Below the pieces are notes generated by a model. That model searched no databases, was not told where the DNA came from, and worked only from the letters and a program-made list of their open reading frames with translations. Both the position numbers and the translations under genes were made by a program. A DNA stretch of 63,538 nt, the filler included, from Dicyema japonicum (taxonomy: Eukaryota; Animalia; Dicyemida), in NCBI GenBank assembly GCA_011109175.1. It is 5 parts of 5 records of this genome, joined end to end, with 100 filler letters (N's around TTAATTAATTAA, not from the genome) between each part and the next. Parts side by side here need not be neighbours in the genome. Positions count along the whole stretch, not along the records: positions 28,361 to 56,953 come from RDEW01000001.1; positions 57,054 to 61,138 come from RDEW01000320.1; 3 more parts are not named here. One strand, written 5' to 3'. Shown here piece after piece: positions 48,798 to 60,736 of the stretch. Each line of letters opens with the position of its first letter. Within the stretch, counting starts at the first letter, position 1.

Positions 48798-51768
48798 GGT
48801 TGAGTTAGTGACGTGGCTCTTTAATGCAGTCTGAAAAATACAAGATTCAATGGGATGGCCTCAACCTACTCTCGTTTAATGTCAGGGGGATCTTGAAGAC
48901 ATGGATGAGGAAAACACTGTGCGATGATTTAGACAAGTACCGCGTCTCTATCGGATGTCTGCAAGAAACGAAGGTCTCTGATGGATGCTGTGAACACTAT
49001 GGAACCTATAAACTTATTCTCTTCCCTAGTAAGTCTAAACATTACGGACAAGGTTTCGCAGTCCATGAACATCTTGTACCACGAATACATCAATTTTGGA
49101 AAGTCAACGACAGGATAAGTGTTCTGCAAATTAGGATGAATGACATGTGCCCTTCCAAAAGCTACATGACAGTTATTAACGTGTATGCTCCACATAGTGG
49201 CAGATTTTTGAAAAATCCTGAGGAACTGGATGATTTCTACTGTCAACTATTGAGGACGTACTCGGAATACGAATCTTCGTCGTTGATATTTATCGAATCG
49301 TTCATCGGCAGGCATGGACGGGGGTGGAGAAACACCCCGGGAACACTACTGGCCAATTTCTGTCAAGCGAATGATCTTTTCATAAGAAACACTGCCTTTA
49401 TGCACCCAGCTCGCCACAGGAGCACATGGACTGGCCATAGAACGAACTCGGAAAACAAAAGTGTGAATATTTATAATCAAATTGATTACATCATTTGTCG
49501 GACCAAGGACAAACACCTACTGAATGATGCCCGTTTTTATGGAGGGTCGATGATAAATAGTGACCATAAAATGGTTATTGGAATGTTCTCCTTGAAGAAA
49601 TACTACATTGGTAGGAAGAACCTGAGTCTAAGCAAAACGCTACCATTTTACCATACCCATGTATATATGACTGAGAACCTCTGGTATCAGCCGCTGCTGG
49701 TGACAAACTACCAAAAACATATAGAGAACCACCTATATACATTACCAACTAATATGACTATACAAGACCTATGGGATCAGACCAAAAGCATTATTTGCCT
49801 TGCCGCAAACACCCACCTTGGAGTGAGACGGCAGACAACCGGAAAAATGTCACTTGGCCATCCAGACTCCTTATTACTGGCAAAACAACAACGAGAAATA
49901 TGGATCTAGAGTCTAAACACGACGGATACACATATCAAAAACAAACCACGAACTGAACGAAATATTATCAAGAGAAGAATCATGAAGCTTAATAATGAAC
50001 ACTCGAAGGATGTCTTCCTATCACATCTTAGAGAGCTGGAGCAACTAAAGGACAATGCACAAATGTTCGCTGCAGTCCGACTAATGCGAGGAAAGAAAAA
50101 AGCGACAGTACATGTTATGGATGGGAAAGGGAAACTTACCTTAAAACCAGACGAACAGATCGAATTGATTGCTGCCCATTTTGAAAAACTGTTCAATGCG
50201 AACGGCCAAGAACTGGCCCCTTTCATCGGAGAACCGCGGATGCTGGAAACAATTATCACATCTAAGGAAGTTCAGAGTGCGTGCAGTAAGCTAAAGAATC
50301 ACAGGAGCGCTGGACCAGACAACATCCCTCCCGAACTGCGGAAATATGGACCTATGCGTCTATTCGAAACCATTGCGACATTTTTAAATGGAATGTTTAC
50401 ATCTAAGTCTGTCCTACCACTGGGGAAAAGGACATTGATACCTATACAAAAGCCTAACAAACCAAAGGGACCACTAGAAAGCCTACGCCCAGTCATATTG
50501 TTAAACACATTACGAAAAGTTCTTGCATCTGTTGCTTTGGACCACTTAAAACATCCTGCAGGAAATTACCTATCAGCATGCCATAGTGGATTTCGTGAAG
50601 GAAAGTCGACAGCGGACATTCTGTGGAGCCACAGGTGTCGGTGTGCAACGGCTCAAAGATACAAAGATGCCACGACCATCCTGGGGATCGATATGTCAAG
50701 AGCTTTCGACACCATTAGCCGACACAAGCTAATGGTTGTCCTTCATCAATTTGTGGACCAATCATTGCTACGGATAATCTGAGTACTTCTCTCAAGTACT
50801 GAACTGTCAGTCCGAATTGGGAGAACTCTATCCCGACCATTCAAAACTACAATCGGCACTCCTCAGGGAGACTTCCTCTCCCCCTTACTATTTGTGATAT
50901 ATCTCGAAGCTGCACTAAAGGATCTAAGAACTTGCTATGAAGGAAAAATAAACGAAGTCGTATACGCGGATGATGTGGATTTTATATCCGAGGATACAGT
51001 AGCTCTCATACATCTGCTGGAAAATGCACCGGACAAACTGGGGGAATGGTTCCTCATCGTTAACCGGGCCAAAACGGAAATCACGGAAATCAAAAGAATG
51101 GACAACATCCTTAATGAACGTTGGCGACATGTTAATAAGCTTGGATCCCTACTGGGGGACACAGAAGACATCATCAAAAGGAAAACACTTGCAGGAGTAG
51201 CAATGCGAAAACTCAAAAAGGGATGGCTGAAAGGACTAGATGTCAATCTGCGGATACGCATGTACAATATATTTGTGAAACCGAAACTGACATACAATGC
51301 TGGTACTTGGGCCTGTACAGGTGCGGAATCAATGGCTCTCGATGGGTTCCACAGAAAACAGCTTAGAGTATTATTTGGCATGCAGTGGCCAGCCAGAATC
51401 TCGAATACCGGTATTTACAAAAAATGCAAGAGTAGGCCTCTAAGCCTGGAAATCACTGACGCCCGGTGGAGACTGTTTGGTCACGTACTACGCATGGATC
51501 TTGCTGCCCCGGCTAATGTGGCGATGGAGGACCATTTCATGTTCGAGGGCAAATGCTTCCGTGGCAGACCAAGGATGACCCTACCTATCATGCTGCACAA
51601 AGACCTCCAAAGGATGAAGAAATGCCTAAAGACGGGAGACGATCTGGACATGCTGAGATCGACTGCGTGTAACCGTGGAGGATGGAAGAGGCTAACTAAT
51701 AACATTGTTTCTTGTATTGCACATGCTTTGCTATAACTATTATGGCAAGGCCATAAGTGCTGTAATAA
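48798..51768 (+). mobile_element. Full-length RTE-like LINE (2971 bp) with a 12-bp TSD
   Basis: TATAAAAGATAC at 48786-48797 and 51769-51780; 26-nt 5' UTR; 3' hairpin TTATGGC/GCCATAA at 51740-51756; TAATAA tail. Confidence 0.95.
48824..51736 (+). pseudogene. RTE APE-RT polyprotein ORF (971 codons) with two in-frame stops
   Basis: ORFs 48824, 49982 and 50894 share one frame, with stops TAG at 49907-49909 and TGA at 50780-50782. Motifs SFNVRG, CLQETK, SDHK, GPDNIP, DMSRAFD, PQGD, YADD. Confidence 0.93.
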
Positions 51769-53124
51769 TATAAAAGATACATAAATCATACTTTCACAAT
51801 TAATTTAAGTACTGAAGTTCATTGGAAATTTATTTCTAATTTACGAGTAAGTCTCCAGCCAATGGCGTGTCCAGACTATGGGCGGGGACATAACACAGTG
51901 CTGGTAGAAAAAAACCGGTTTTGCAGTTACAAATTTTTTTAGGCTTATAGCTTTTAATTTTTCAACGCAAATCAAAAAAAAAAGTTAACAAAATTAACAG
52001 TTAGTAACTTGTGTGTTATCTTCGATTATTTGAGTTGAAGATCAAGTTTATTTTTTGCCTTGTCTAACGAATATTTTTGCTTCTTCAATCTCCAAATATG
52101 CACTACTGGATTCATGTCCTAAGATTGTGAAGAATTGGATGTTATTTTCATCAAAAATCTTAGCTTTCCATACTGATCGATGACAGGACCCAAATACTGT
52201 TGAAATGTAATCTCATTTTGTCCCATTTTTCTATCCGAAACAACAAATTATTTGTTATTTCATTTATATTTTTAGCGGAATTCAATGTTCCACTGACAAA
52301 AAGTAAATTGCTAACTCCTTGATAAGAGATACAGCCCTATACCTTAACACCACTTCCTTAAACTGTCAGCGTTGTATGACTCAATTCAGAATGGGAACTC
52401 TTTTTTCGATAACAGAGTTGCCTTTTTAGTTAGAAAATCTAAAAGATACCTCATCAAAGAAAATAGAAGTTTTCAAGCTCCATAATTATTCCGAAATAAA
52501 ATTTCGGACAATTCAAATCTTTTTAATATTTTTTCGTTGATAACAACGGTTTACGTGGACATACTTTTCCAAATAGAAAATTAGAATTTAAGTTATCCCA
52601 ATTGTCTTTCTTGAGACACTCTTACTAGTAAAATGTTTTTTTTATTTCTCAAAATGTTCCAATATTTTTTTAATCTTCAATGTCTGTAATAGAAATCAAT
52701 GCCTGTTTTTTAAGCTTTTTAAGTCGTCCGAACCAGGAACCCTCTCAGAGTTTCGATATTATTTGAATATTCGAAAAAAAATCTTTAATTATTTTGTAAC
52801 TGAAAAATTTATTTATTTCCACCAGTTCATAAATTTTTTACTTTGAAGTTTCCATCATGAATTAAGTTCTCATGATGTATGACAAAAAATTATGATAACA
52901 TAGATTAGTTCTGGTGTCTGTCCTACTGGTCATATTATCAATCAAGTTCCGGATCTCTTTGCTTGCCATGACCACCATGTTTCGATGTAAAAGTAATGGA
53001 TTTTTGAGACCGTCCTGTCTTAATGGCTAGCTTAACAGACAGTATTCACTTAATCGTAAAACTATTTTTAATTGAAACAATATTTATTTATCATTAATTA
53101 ATATTTGATTAATATATAAATTGT

Positions 53125-53460
53125 TTTGCTGCAAGGTCCTAGTTATTCCAATAGTATTGACGTGGGAAGGAATTCCCATAAAGTACCACTAGGGTTATCT
53201 GAAGCAGTTGGGGGTAGTTAGTAAGCTCCAGACTTATTTACAGTCCATTGTATTAAAGCGGACCCTAAAGAGCCTGACAGTGGAATATAGGAGGCAGAGC
53301 CCGGAGATGCCATATGGGCAGATGGTTTAATTAGACAAGGCGCTCTCAAAAATTGTTTCAGCGACCAGAGTCGAACCTGTCTGCAAAGGCTGGCGTACAG
53401 GCAGGCGAGGAAGGTTGTTGATTATTAAATCTTAACTTTTTATTGTTGGTTAAATAAAGT
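53125..53460 (+). mobile_element. R4/Dong-like 3' end
   Basis: High nucleotide similarity to 37200-37530. Confidence 0.85.
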
Positions 53461-53511
53461 GGGGGTAAATTAATATCTAAATTGTTAGTTAGGTAAACAA
53501 TATCGTTACAT

Positions 53512-53723
53512 GACAGCCTGCTCAATAGCTGCCATCATCAAGTCTGACTTCCCAGAGGTTATTAAAAAGGTTGACAGTAAAATAATTGTTGTTCTTTTTG
53601 TTGCCACAGTTGCCAGAGACAGCCTGCTCAATAGCTGCCATCATCAAGTCTGACTTCCCAGAGGTTGTTAAAAAGGTTGACAGTAAAATAATTGTGGTTC
53701 TTTTTGTTGCCACAGTTGCCAGA
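53512..53723. repeat. Tandem doublet, 106-bp unit
   Basis: Copies start at 53512 and 53618. Confidence 0.9.
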
Positions 53724-53769
53724 TTGATAGTATCCAGGTGATGGTGAACCACAAAAATTGGAACAACGC

Positions 53770-53890
53770 TCCTCTACAATGCCATGACTGACCGATATAA
53801 ATGAGCGACCAACATCTTCTCCGTCCTATCTAATACCAGCTGCCCTCCTATAAGTTAGTGAGGCTGGGGTTACTCAACTAACAAACATGA
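53770..53890 (+). repeat. Unclassified dispersed repeat shared with 13500-13650
   Basis: Same AAGTTAGTGAGGCT..GGGGTTACT core. Confidence 0.7.
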
Positions 53891-54119
53891 CAGCCTATAA
53901 AGCTAACGGGTTGTCAATTTTTCGTAACATTTTGAAACTCCATCTTGTCGGTAATGTTTCAGATACATAGTTAGCTGAGGATCTTTTAGTGACTTAGTGA
54001 TAAATGTGAAACTTAATTGTTCATTATTCTGTTACGTTGTCCCCAGAAAATGTGATAGTTTTTATACTCGTTCACTCTGTTTCTTTAATGCATTAAATTA
54101 GTTTTTTATTTCACTCAAC

Positions 54120-54590
54120 GATAGTCAACATTCTCCGCGCATTGAAATCAATTGTCTCCCAGAATATTGAAATATTAGCGTACTACGTATTCTGAAAAAG
54201 GCGGATAGACGAAAAATTGATATTTTTGAACTGTGGTGCTGGAAGAGGTTACTAAGACTCCCTTGGACTTCCAAAATAACAAACACCGATGTACTCAAAC
54301 GGGTGGAGACGGACATTTCGCTAGAAGGAAGATTTGTAAACACAGATTGGCGTTCTTTGGTCATGTTGTCCGCTCTGACTCTCTGGAAAGAATCATTGTG
54401 CTGAGCAATATTACTGGGAAGAGAAGACATGGTCGACCTATGACTCAGTGGCTATCCACAGTGGAAGACGTCACGGGAATGCTTATATCAAGGTTGCTCA
54501 AATTTGCGACGGATCGGGAAGAGTGGAGGAAACTCGTTCATGAGATCTCCAAGTGTCGGAGACGACTTAATTGGATAACATAACAAATCG
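54120..54590 (+). mobile_element. RTE (BovB/RTE-1-like subfamily) 3' end
   Basis: KIDIFELWCWKRLLR, RLAFFGHVVR, GKRRHGRPMTQW, DREEWRKLV. Confidence 0.88.
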
Positions 54591-54959
54591 TATTCTAAAT
54601 TTAGGCATCTGTCACAGTATCGATAATTTTTACTGACTATCGAAAAAAAACCTGTAAGAGCCATCTGGACTAAAAAGTAACATGTAATAAATATTATTTG
54701 TCACGTTTATATAGCGCATCCGACAAGTATGGAACTAACTCGTTAGTTAAAGAAGAAATAAAGAAAATGATGCAAAACTTTTGAAAAATGCTATCACTGA
54801 CTCGTACAAAGCAGCACAAAATGAGCCATAAGAGCTTTTTGAGGTTATAAAAAGAAAGATAATCTAAGCTGTGGCTGGACTTGTGTTTATGAAGCCTCAA
54901 AGTAATACCCTCTTTATTTTCATCTGTTAACATAAAAGTCAAGGTTTGGGAATCAGAGG

Positions 54960-55800
54960 TAGACGTGTCAAATTGGATGTTTCCAATACTTTAAAAAGGT
55001 CAAAAGATAAACCATCATCACGTTTATTTGCAAAAAAAACGCAAAAAATTTCTCCTTCCCCCGTATTTGGAAATAAAATCATTTATTCTGTGACGGGAGT
55101 GAAGCAAGGCGATTTATTTGGTCCCCACCATTTTCAATCGGTGATCGATCACATTGTACAAGATAACTCTACTGTCCTCAATTTATGATTCCTGGACCAA
55201 TGAATCTTTAGAGGAAGCACTGAAAATGTCCTTCAAAAACAACCATGATTTTAGAGAATTATAGCGGATCAATCACCTTCTACAAAAAATTAAAAAAAGT
55301 TGTTTCAGATATCCCAATTACTTTTCTAGCTTTCTTGAATTCCTTAAATGTGGATTGAATAAGCGAGTAAAGGTCGAATATTGATTAATGCCTGTCTATG
55401 TTAAGACCCTCAGAAAACATTGTTGTGTGCAGATATCTTCCACGTGTATAATAGGCTCATTCCTCATCCGTACATTAAATAAAGGGATTTTACTTATGTG
55501 TAAACCACATTGGCCAAAAAAGGAGTATTTATTTGAAATTGAAAAAAAAATCATATATTAATCATAAACTGTGTCCCAGTGGAAGCATTCCGATCTACGA
55601 ATCGTGTCCACATCGTAGAACTCCCATTAGGATTCCTCTCAAGATACAGCAGTCACTTCCTGAGAGCAGTTGAGTCGCTGGTGGGAAACTCAAGAAGAGT
55701 TGGGAACTTTTGAAGACTAGAGTCACCTAATCAGTTTGTTTAACATTTCTTTCTTGGTGGTTTCTTGGTTTAATAATAATGTGATCATCAGCACACCCCC
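54960..55800 (+). mobile_element. CRE-like RT fragment, decayed
   Basis: KLDVSN, TGVKQGDLFGP, VIDHIVQDNSTVLNL*FLD. Confidence 0.65.
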
Positions 55801-57053
55801 GACGTAATCATTACTCATTGGAGAAGTTAGGAAAAAATTTGATTCACTTACGAAAATCTAAAAGATTAGTTAAGTTGGAGAAATTCTGAAAATAATTTTG
55901 CTTCTGTTTCAAGTAAGCAATAAAGTTTTAAATAAGCGACGAAATAGAGTCATCTCAAAGGTATCCATCCCCTCTCCTGCAGAAAGTCAAACGGATCAGG
56001 TTTTAACATCAATGCATTCCAGTTTATAAAGTATGGTTTCGATATGCCAAGTTTTCGATTATTAGCCTTCTCCATCCATTTGTCGTCTTGCTCGCCTACT
56101 GATTTTGTCAAGATCATCTGCATTCACAAGTCAGCCCCCATCTCCAAGACGCTTATTTGTGGAACTAAAAAATTTATGAAAACATTTTGATAACAGCGTC
56201 ACCTCATTATTGGTTAACTTAAATACATTTGTAGATAAAATAATATTTAATATAATTAGACGAACAAAATCAAAGATAAATAAAAACAGAAAAGATACCA
56301 CATAGACGAGAACCAAAACGACATTCAAAAGCGCTATTTTAGTAATATGGTTTACCGTATATTAAATTAAATTTTGTAAATTATTAAATTAAATAATTTA
56401 TTTTCATGTAATAATATTTTCATAATCTTCGAATTTAAAATTTTTCCTTTTTGGCTGAACGCAGTGTGCGATTACATCGAATGTGACTTTATTGCAATTA
56501 ATCCGAAAAATGGAATTTATAGAGAAGCTCAATTCTCTTAACCTGATCCTACCCATGATGTGACGAGTCATTCTTACACTACTCAGATATTAAAAGGGAT
56601 CTCCGATGTTTTCACTGACGAACTACACTTGTGAAGCTTTTCATCATGACAGTATACGACACTCAAATGACATTTTGGAATCAGTAGCTTATGCTTTCTA
56701 GGAGTTACGGCTGAAAAATGCGGCAGTCTGAAAATATTAACATATGTGAGGTCCTAACAATGATCTACTCAACAGGAAATATTATTCTCACAAGTCACCA
56801 TTAGCTTGAGAAATATCCATAAACGCAAAAAATCATAAACCGAATACTACCCGAATGGTTAGTGTTACAAGTACAAAAATCCATACTCTCGTGATTAGTA
56901 TGCGTAACTGTTCATTAATCTAAAATAAAGTGCATTTGTCTCGTCTTTAAGAGNNNNNNNNNNNNNNNNNNNNNNNNNNNNNNNNNNNNNNNNNNNNTTA
57001 ATTAATTAANNNNNNNNNNNNNNNNNNNNNNNNNNNNNNNNNNNNNNNNNNNN

Positions 57054-57080
57054 CGCTCTAACCAACTGAGCTACCGGGGC
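57054..57080 (-). tRNA. tRNA 5' end, truncated by an assembly gap; isotype undetermined
   Basis: Reverse complement is GCCCCGGTAGCTCAGTTGGTTAGAGCG: acceptor 5' strand plus an intact D-arm (GCTC/GAGC). Confidence 0.8.
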
Positions 57081-57538
57081 AGTTAATAGAATCTTGTCTA
57101 TAAAAGGGGAGAAGTACTAATATTAAAATTATGAATTGATAAAAAATCTAAACGTTGCATGCTTTTCACGATAATTCAATTTGTATGAATTTGTTGTATT
57201 TTTTCGGTTCTCACATTATCTGATGCTTATTTCAAATTTTTTTAAAACAATGTTATTTTAACGGAAAAAGAAAACAAAGTTAGATGCTAGCTATGTAGGT
57301 AGCTAAAAGAATTGTCGAGAGCCCTAAGATCAGCTCAACGACAACTTCAATTGAATGTGAAAACAATTGAATGTGAATATTAGTTCAATTAAATTCTATT
57401 AAAACGCCAAATTTTTATCAAAAAACAATCCTGATCATAAATAAAACAAATTGAGATATTTCCAAACGTAAAGTATAAACTAACTTGTCATTTAAATACA
57501 AACAAATAATTATTTCTCGTTAAGAACATAAAAAGAAA

Positions 57539-58472
57539 TCACAAAGAACATCCCACAAGACAACTGTCAATAACAACAGTATCAGTAGTATCAGACTTTC
57601 CCAAAATACCACGTAGAATATCCATAGCCCGTGGGAGACCAATCGAACTCAATGCCTCAACTGCTTCATGGCGAACCATAGGAGCCTCCAACTCACATTC
57701 GCAACTCTCTTCAAAGCATCAATGGACAGTTCATTTTGAAGCTGTCCCAAAACATAAGCAATTTCATGACGAAAAAGAGAAGAACCGCATTTTAAACCTT
57801 TTTGTAAATCAACAAAAATAACCCAAATTTAAAATTTTTACCGCATCGTTAGAATTTATATTTCTCAACGAAAACATTGCACGATATCTTCGATAGAGAT
57901 CCTCATTATTATCCAAAAGAATATCTCCGAGTTCTTCCAGTGAATATTGCCCATCATCAAAGGGATATGCCGGGTCGATCGACAAATAATATGAATCGGA
58001 CGGTCCCTTTGATCCTCCATTCTCACAAAATTCAATCTTTCAAGAGCCAATTGACACGTTTCTGCCAACTTCAATCAATTAAATATAAAACTTCAATCAA
58101 AATCTGATTTCGAGTGTATTTCAAGGACACAAATCACTTCGGGGGTTGATAATCCGATTGCCCCTAAAGCTTCTCCTTGGAATTATTTGAAGAGAAAAAA
58201 CCACATTCGTGTCTTGTTATCACATCCTGGTCCTCGTCCTTTAGATTTTTGATGAGAACTGGTATGGCAGTTGGATTTTGTGTTTGTCCCAAAACATAGG
58301 CACATTCGTGTTTTAGGAGTATTGACTTATCAAAAAATAATTTTGATATTGCTTCGATTGTTTGTTCTCCTGGAATAGTTCCTAGTTTAAGCAGAGTTGA
58401 AAATCTCTCTGAAATTGGCCTGGTGGTGTCAAGTATAATTTCTGAGAATTTCATAACGTTACAAGAAGACAT
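57539..58472 (-). CDS. DOHH: Deoxyhypusine hydroxylase
   Basis: HE motifs LLKHECAYVLGQ, TRHECGEALGAIG, AETCQLA, SIDPA, YRRYRAMFSLRN, LFRHEIAYVLGQ, MVRHEAVEAL. Introns 58176-58201 (26 nt), 58069-58091 (23 nt) and 57798-57822 (25 nt). Two frame problems remain unresolved. Confidence 0.93.
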
Positions 58473-58561
58473 TAATTTTGCACGTTAAATAGAAAATATA
58501 TTATTTTATTAATTAAAAAAATTTAATGTTAAATTGATATTATTAATTAGTTAATTATCAA

Positions 58562-60736
58562 CTAATATTTCATTTTGATATTAGTGCTGGTCAGAACTAT
58601 GAATAGTCTTGAGCGTGTACACGGCTTTCTCCTACTCAACACATAAGGAATTAACTCAACCTCTTCTTTGTCATTAACAAGCGACGTGACTACACAATCT
58701 CCGATGGCCAATTTACTCTTTATGATGCCAAACGAGATCGGTACTACTCTCTGGATTGGTCCCCTCACAGACAATTTTCATTTTTGACCCCGCCTTGAGA
58801 GTGTAGTCACCGAAAGTATAACTATGCACCTCATGGTCGTTGACTGTCTGAATTATCTTCCATCCACCAAATTTTTCGTCCTTAAATAAAATAACCAAAA
58901 ATACCTTCATCGGATTTAAGTTTTCGATTGAAATGTATTTTCCGTCGGCATCACACGAATTTATTGTTATGGGACCTTTGGTGCTTTTTTGGTAGGTCGA
59001 ACGCTTTACAGGGGAAGAATGTTCTACAAAAAATATCATTTGAATCTATAACTCATTCTCGAGTCTTGTCGAGGCAATGAAAGAGTTGTTTGTTTATTAC
59101 CATCATTACTGTTTTATAGTTTTAAATAATAAATTTACCGTTTTTCTTCACATTCAATCAGTTTTCTGTATGCCAGGATCTCCATTTTAAGTGACATGTT
59201 GTGGTCGGTTATTGTCTGTAGTTCAGAAAGAGTTTTTTCCATAACATTTCTAATTTCCTCAGTTTCCGTGTTTTTTTCGATTATCATTTTGTCAAACTCT
59301 AAATGCAGTTCACTTAGTTCTCGTTTTAGATTATCGTTTTGAGCATTAAGAATTGCTTTCTAAAATAAATAAGCGATAAATGTTAGACTCAACCTCTTGT
59401 TCTATCAGACTGTTTTTTGTCTTCAAGTCAGAATTTACAAACTTTATTGATGAGATTTGATCTCTCATATGACCGGTTTCTACAATATTTTTATTTTGTC
59501 CATATGAACGTCTTGAATCTTAAGATTGAAATTCTAATAAAAATCACCTTGCAAGTATAAAATGACTCCATTTCATTCTGAATAGAACTCAGTCTTTCAT
59601 CATACTCTGACTGAATTTCGGCTATGCAGTTGGAGAACTCATTCGCCCACCACTCACGCACTGACCAACTGGGCTGCCTTTTGCTACGTCACTGAGGTCT
59701 TTGATTTCCTATAGGTATGTAGTTTGAGGTAGAATGTACTTTTTTGTGAATATCTTTAATGAATTCGAGTTCTTCACAAAGTGACTGAAATCTGTTTTGG
59801 ATGTCGATTCGAGTCAATATTTCATTCGCGAGGTCCTGAGGTTAATTTAGAATTTTATTTACGGCTTTTACACGTGCCAGATCTGCTCTGACTTTTTCAA
59901 TTTTGTTTTTTTCGCGTTGTCTTTCACTCAAAAGTTTTTGAATTTTGTCTTTTAAGCATCGAAACTTCGCTTTCGCATTTTAAAAGGTCATTTTCTCTCT
60001 GCTTTCAATTTTTTCTTTGAGCTCTCTCTCCAAATCTTCGAATTCTTTTAACCTTTAAATTAGTCAAAGCAAATAAAATATCGCAATAAAGTCAAAATAT
60101 ATCTTTTACGTCACCAAAGTGCCATTAGTGTGGATGTTATCAAATTCGTGATTGTTAGTCCTAAAGGCTTCGAACAAAAGTTAATATTGATAAGGGAGTG
60201 ACAAAACGATTTTTAATGCAAGTAACAAACCAACATTTCTAAAAGTTCATTGAAGGAATCTTTTTCGGTCTGGGTTGTTAATACGTGCTTCATTTTCTCT
60301 TGTTCGGAATTGTCGAGCAAAGTCCTCAGTTGCCTTAGTTCAGTTTCGTACATATTTTTGATAGAGTCGTTCTCCTTGCCGACTATTTCCTTGATTCTTT
60401 GAAGTTCCTGCATTAGTCGTTTATTTTCAGATTCATTATATCTCGATGTTTCGATGTAATGTGCAAGGCGGCTGTTGAGTTCTTTCATTTCAGTTTTTTT
60501 CTTGAATTCTCGAATTTTTAAACAATTCAACTTCAGAATTTGAATTTGTAAAAGGTCTTTGGGAAAACTCCAAATCCATATTCAATACTCTTTACATTCA
60601 AACGGTTTTCTGCGCCATGTTTCATGCTGAAAGAACTAGCCGAGTTCAGGGATGAGTTGTACGATTTTGAGACTTTTGCTCGGTATTTCTCACCAAAGGT
60701 TTGCTTACTTGCAGCCGCGTCAGATTTAGGGAGCAT
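58562..60736 (-). CDS. Intermediate filament protein with lamin-tail domain (protostome cytoplasmic IF type)
   Basis: Rod start EMKELNSRLAHYIE; rod end LKMEILAYRKLIECEEKR; LTD STYQKSTKGPITINSCDADGKYISIEN. Introns 59836-59862, 59709-59739, 59519-59547 and 59360-59393. Several frameshifts; no CaaX seen. Confidence 0.88.

Noticed and set aside
49907-50782. Stop-codon reassignment or readthrough in the RTE ORF
   Set aside because: The two stops are different codons, each one C>T from a sense codon, and host genes terminate normally at TGA and TAA.
48929-51789. Antisense and alternate-frame ORFs over the RTE element
   Set aside because: Shadows of a long coding sequence with no recognisable motifs.
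58562-60736. Calling the IF gene a nuclear lamin
   Set aside because: The rod-to-LTD linker is short with no clear NLS and no C-terminal CaaX seen. It fits a cytoplasmic IF better, though the last exons are uncertain.
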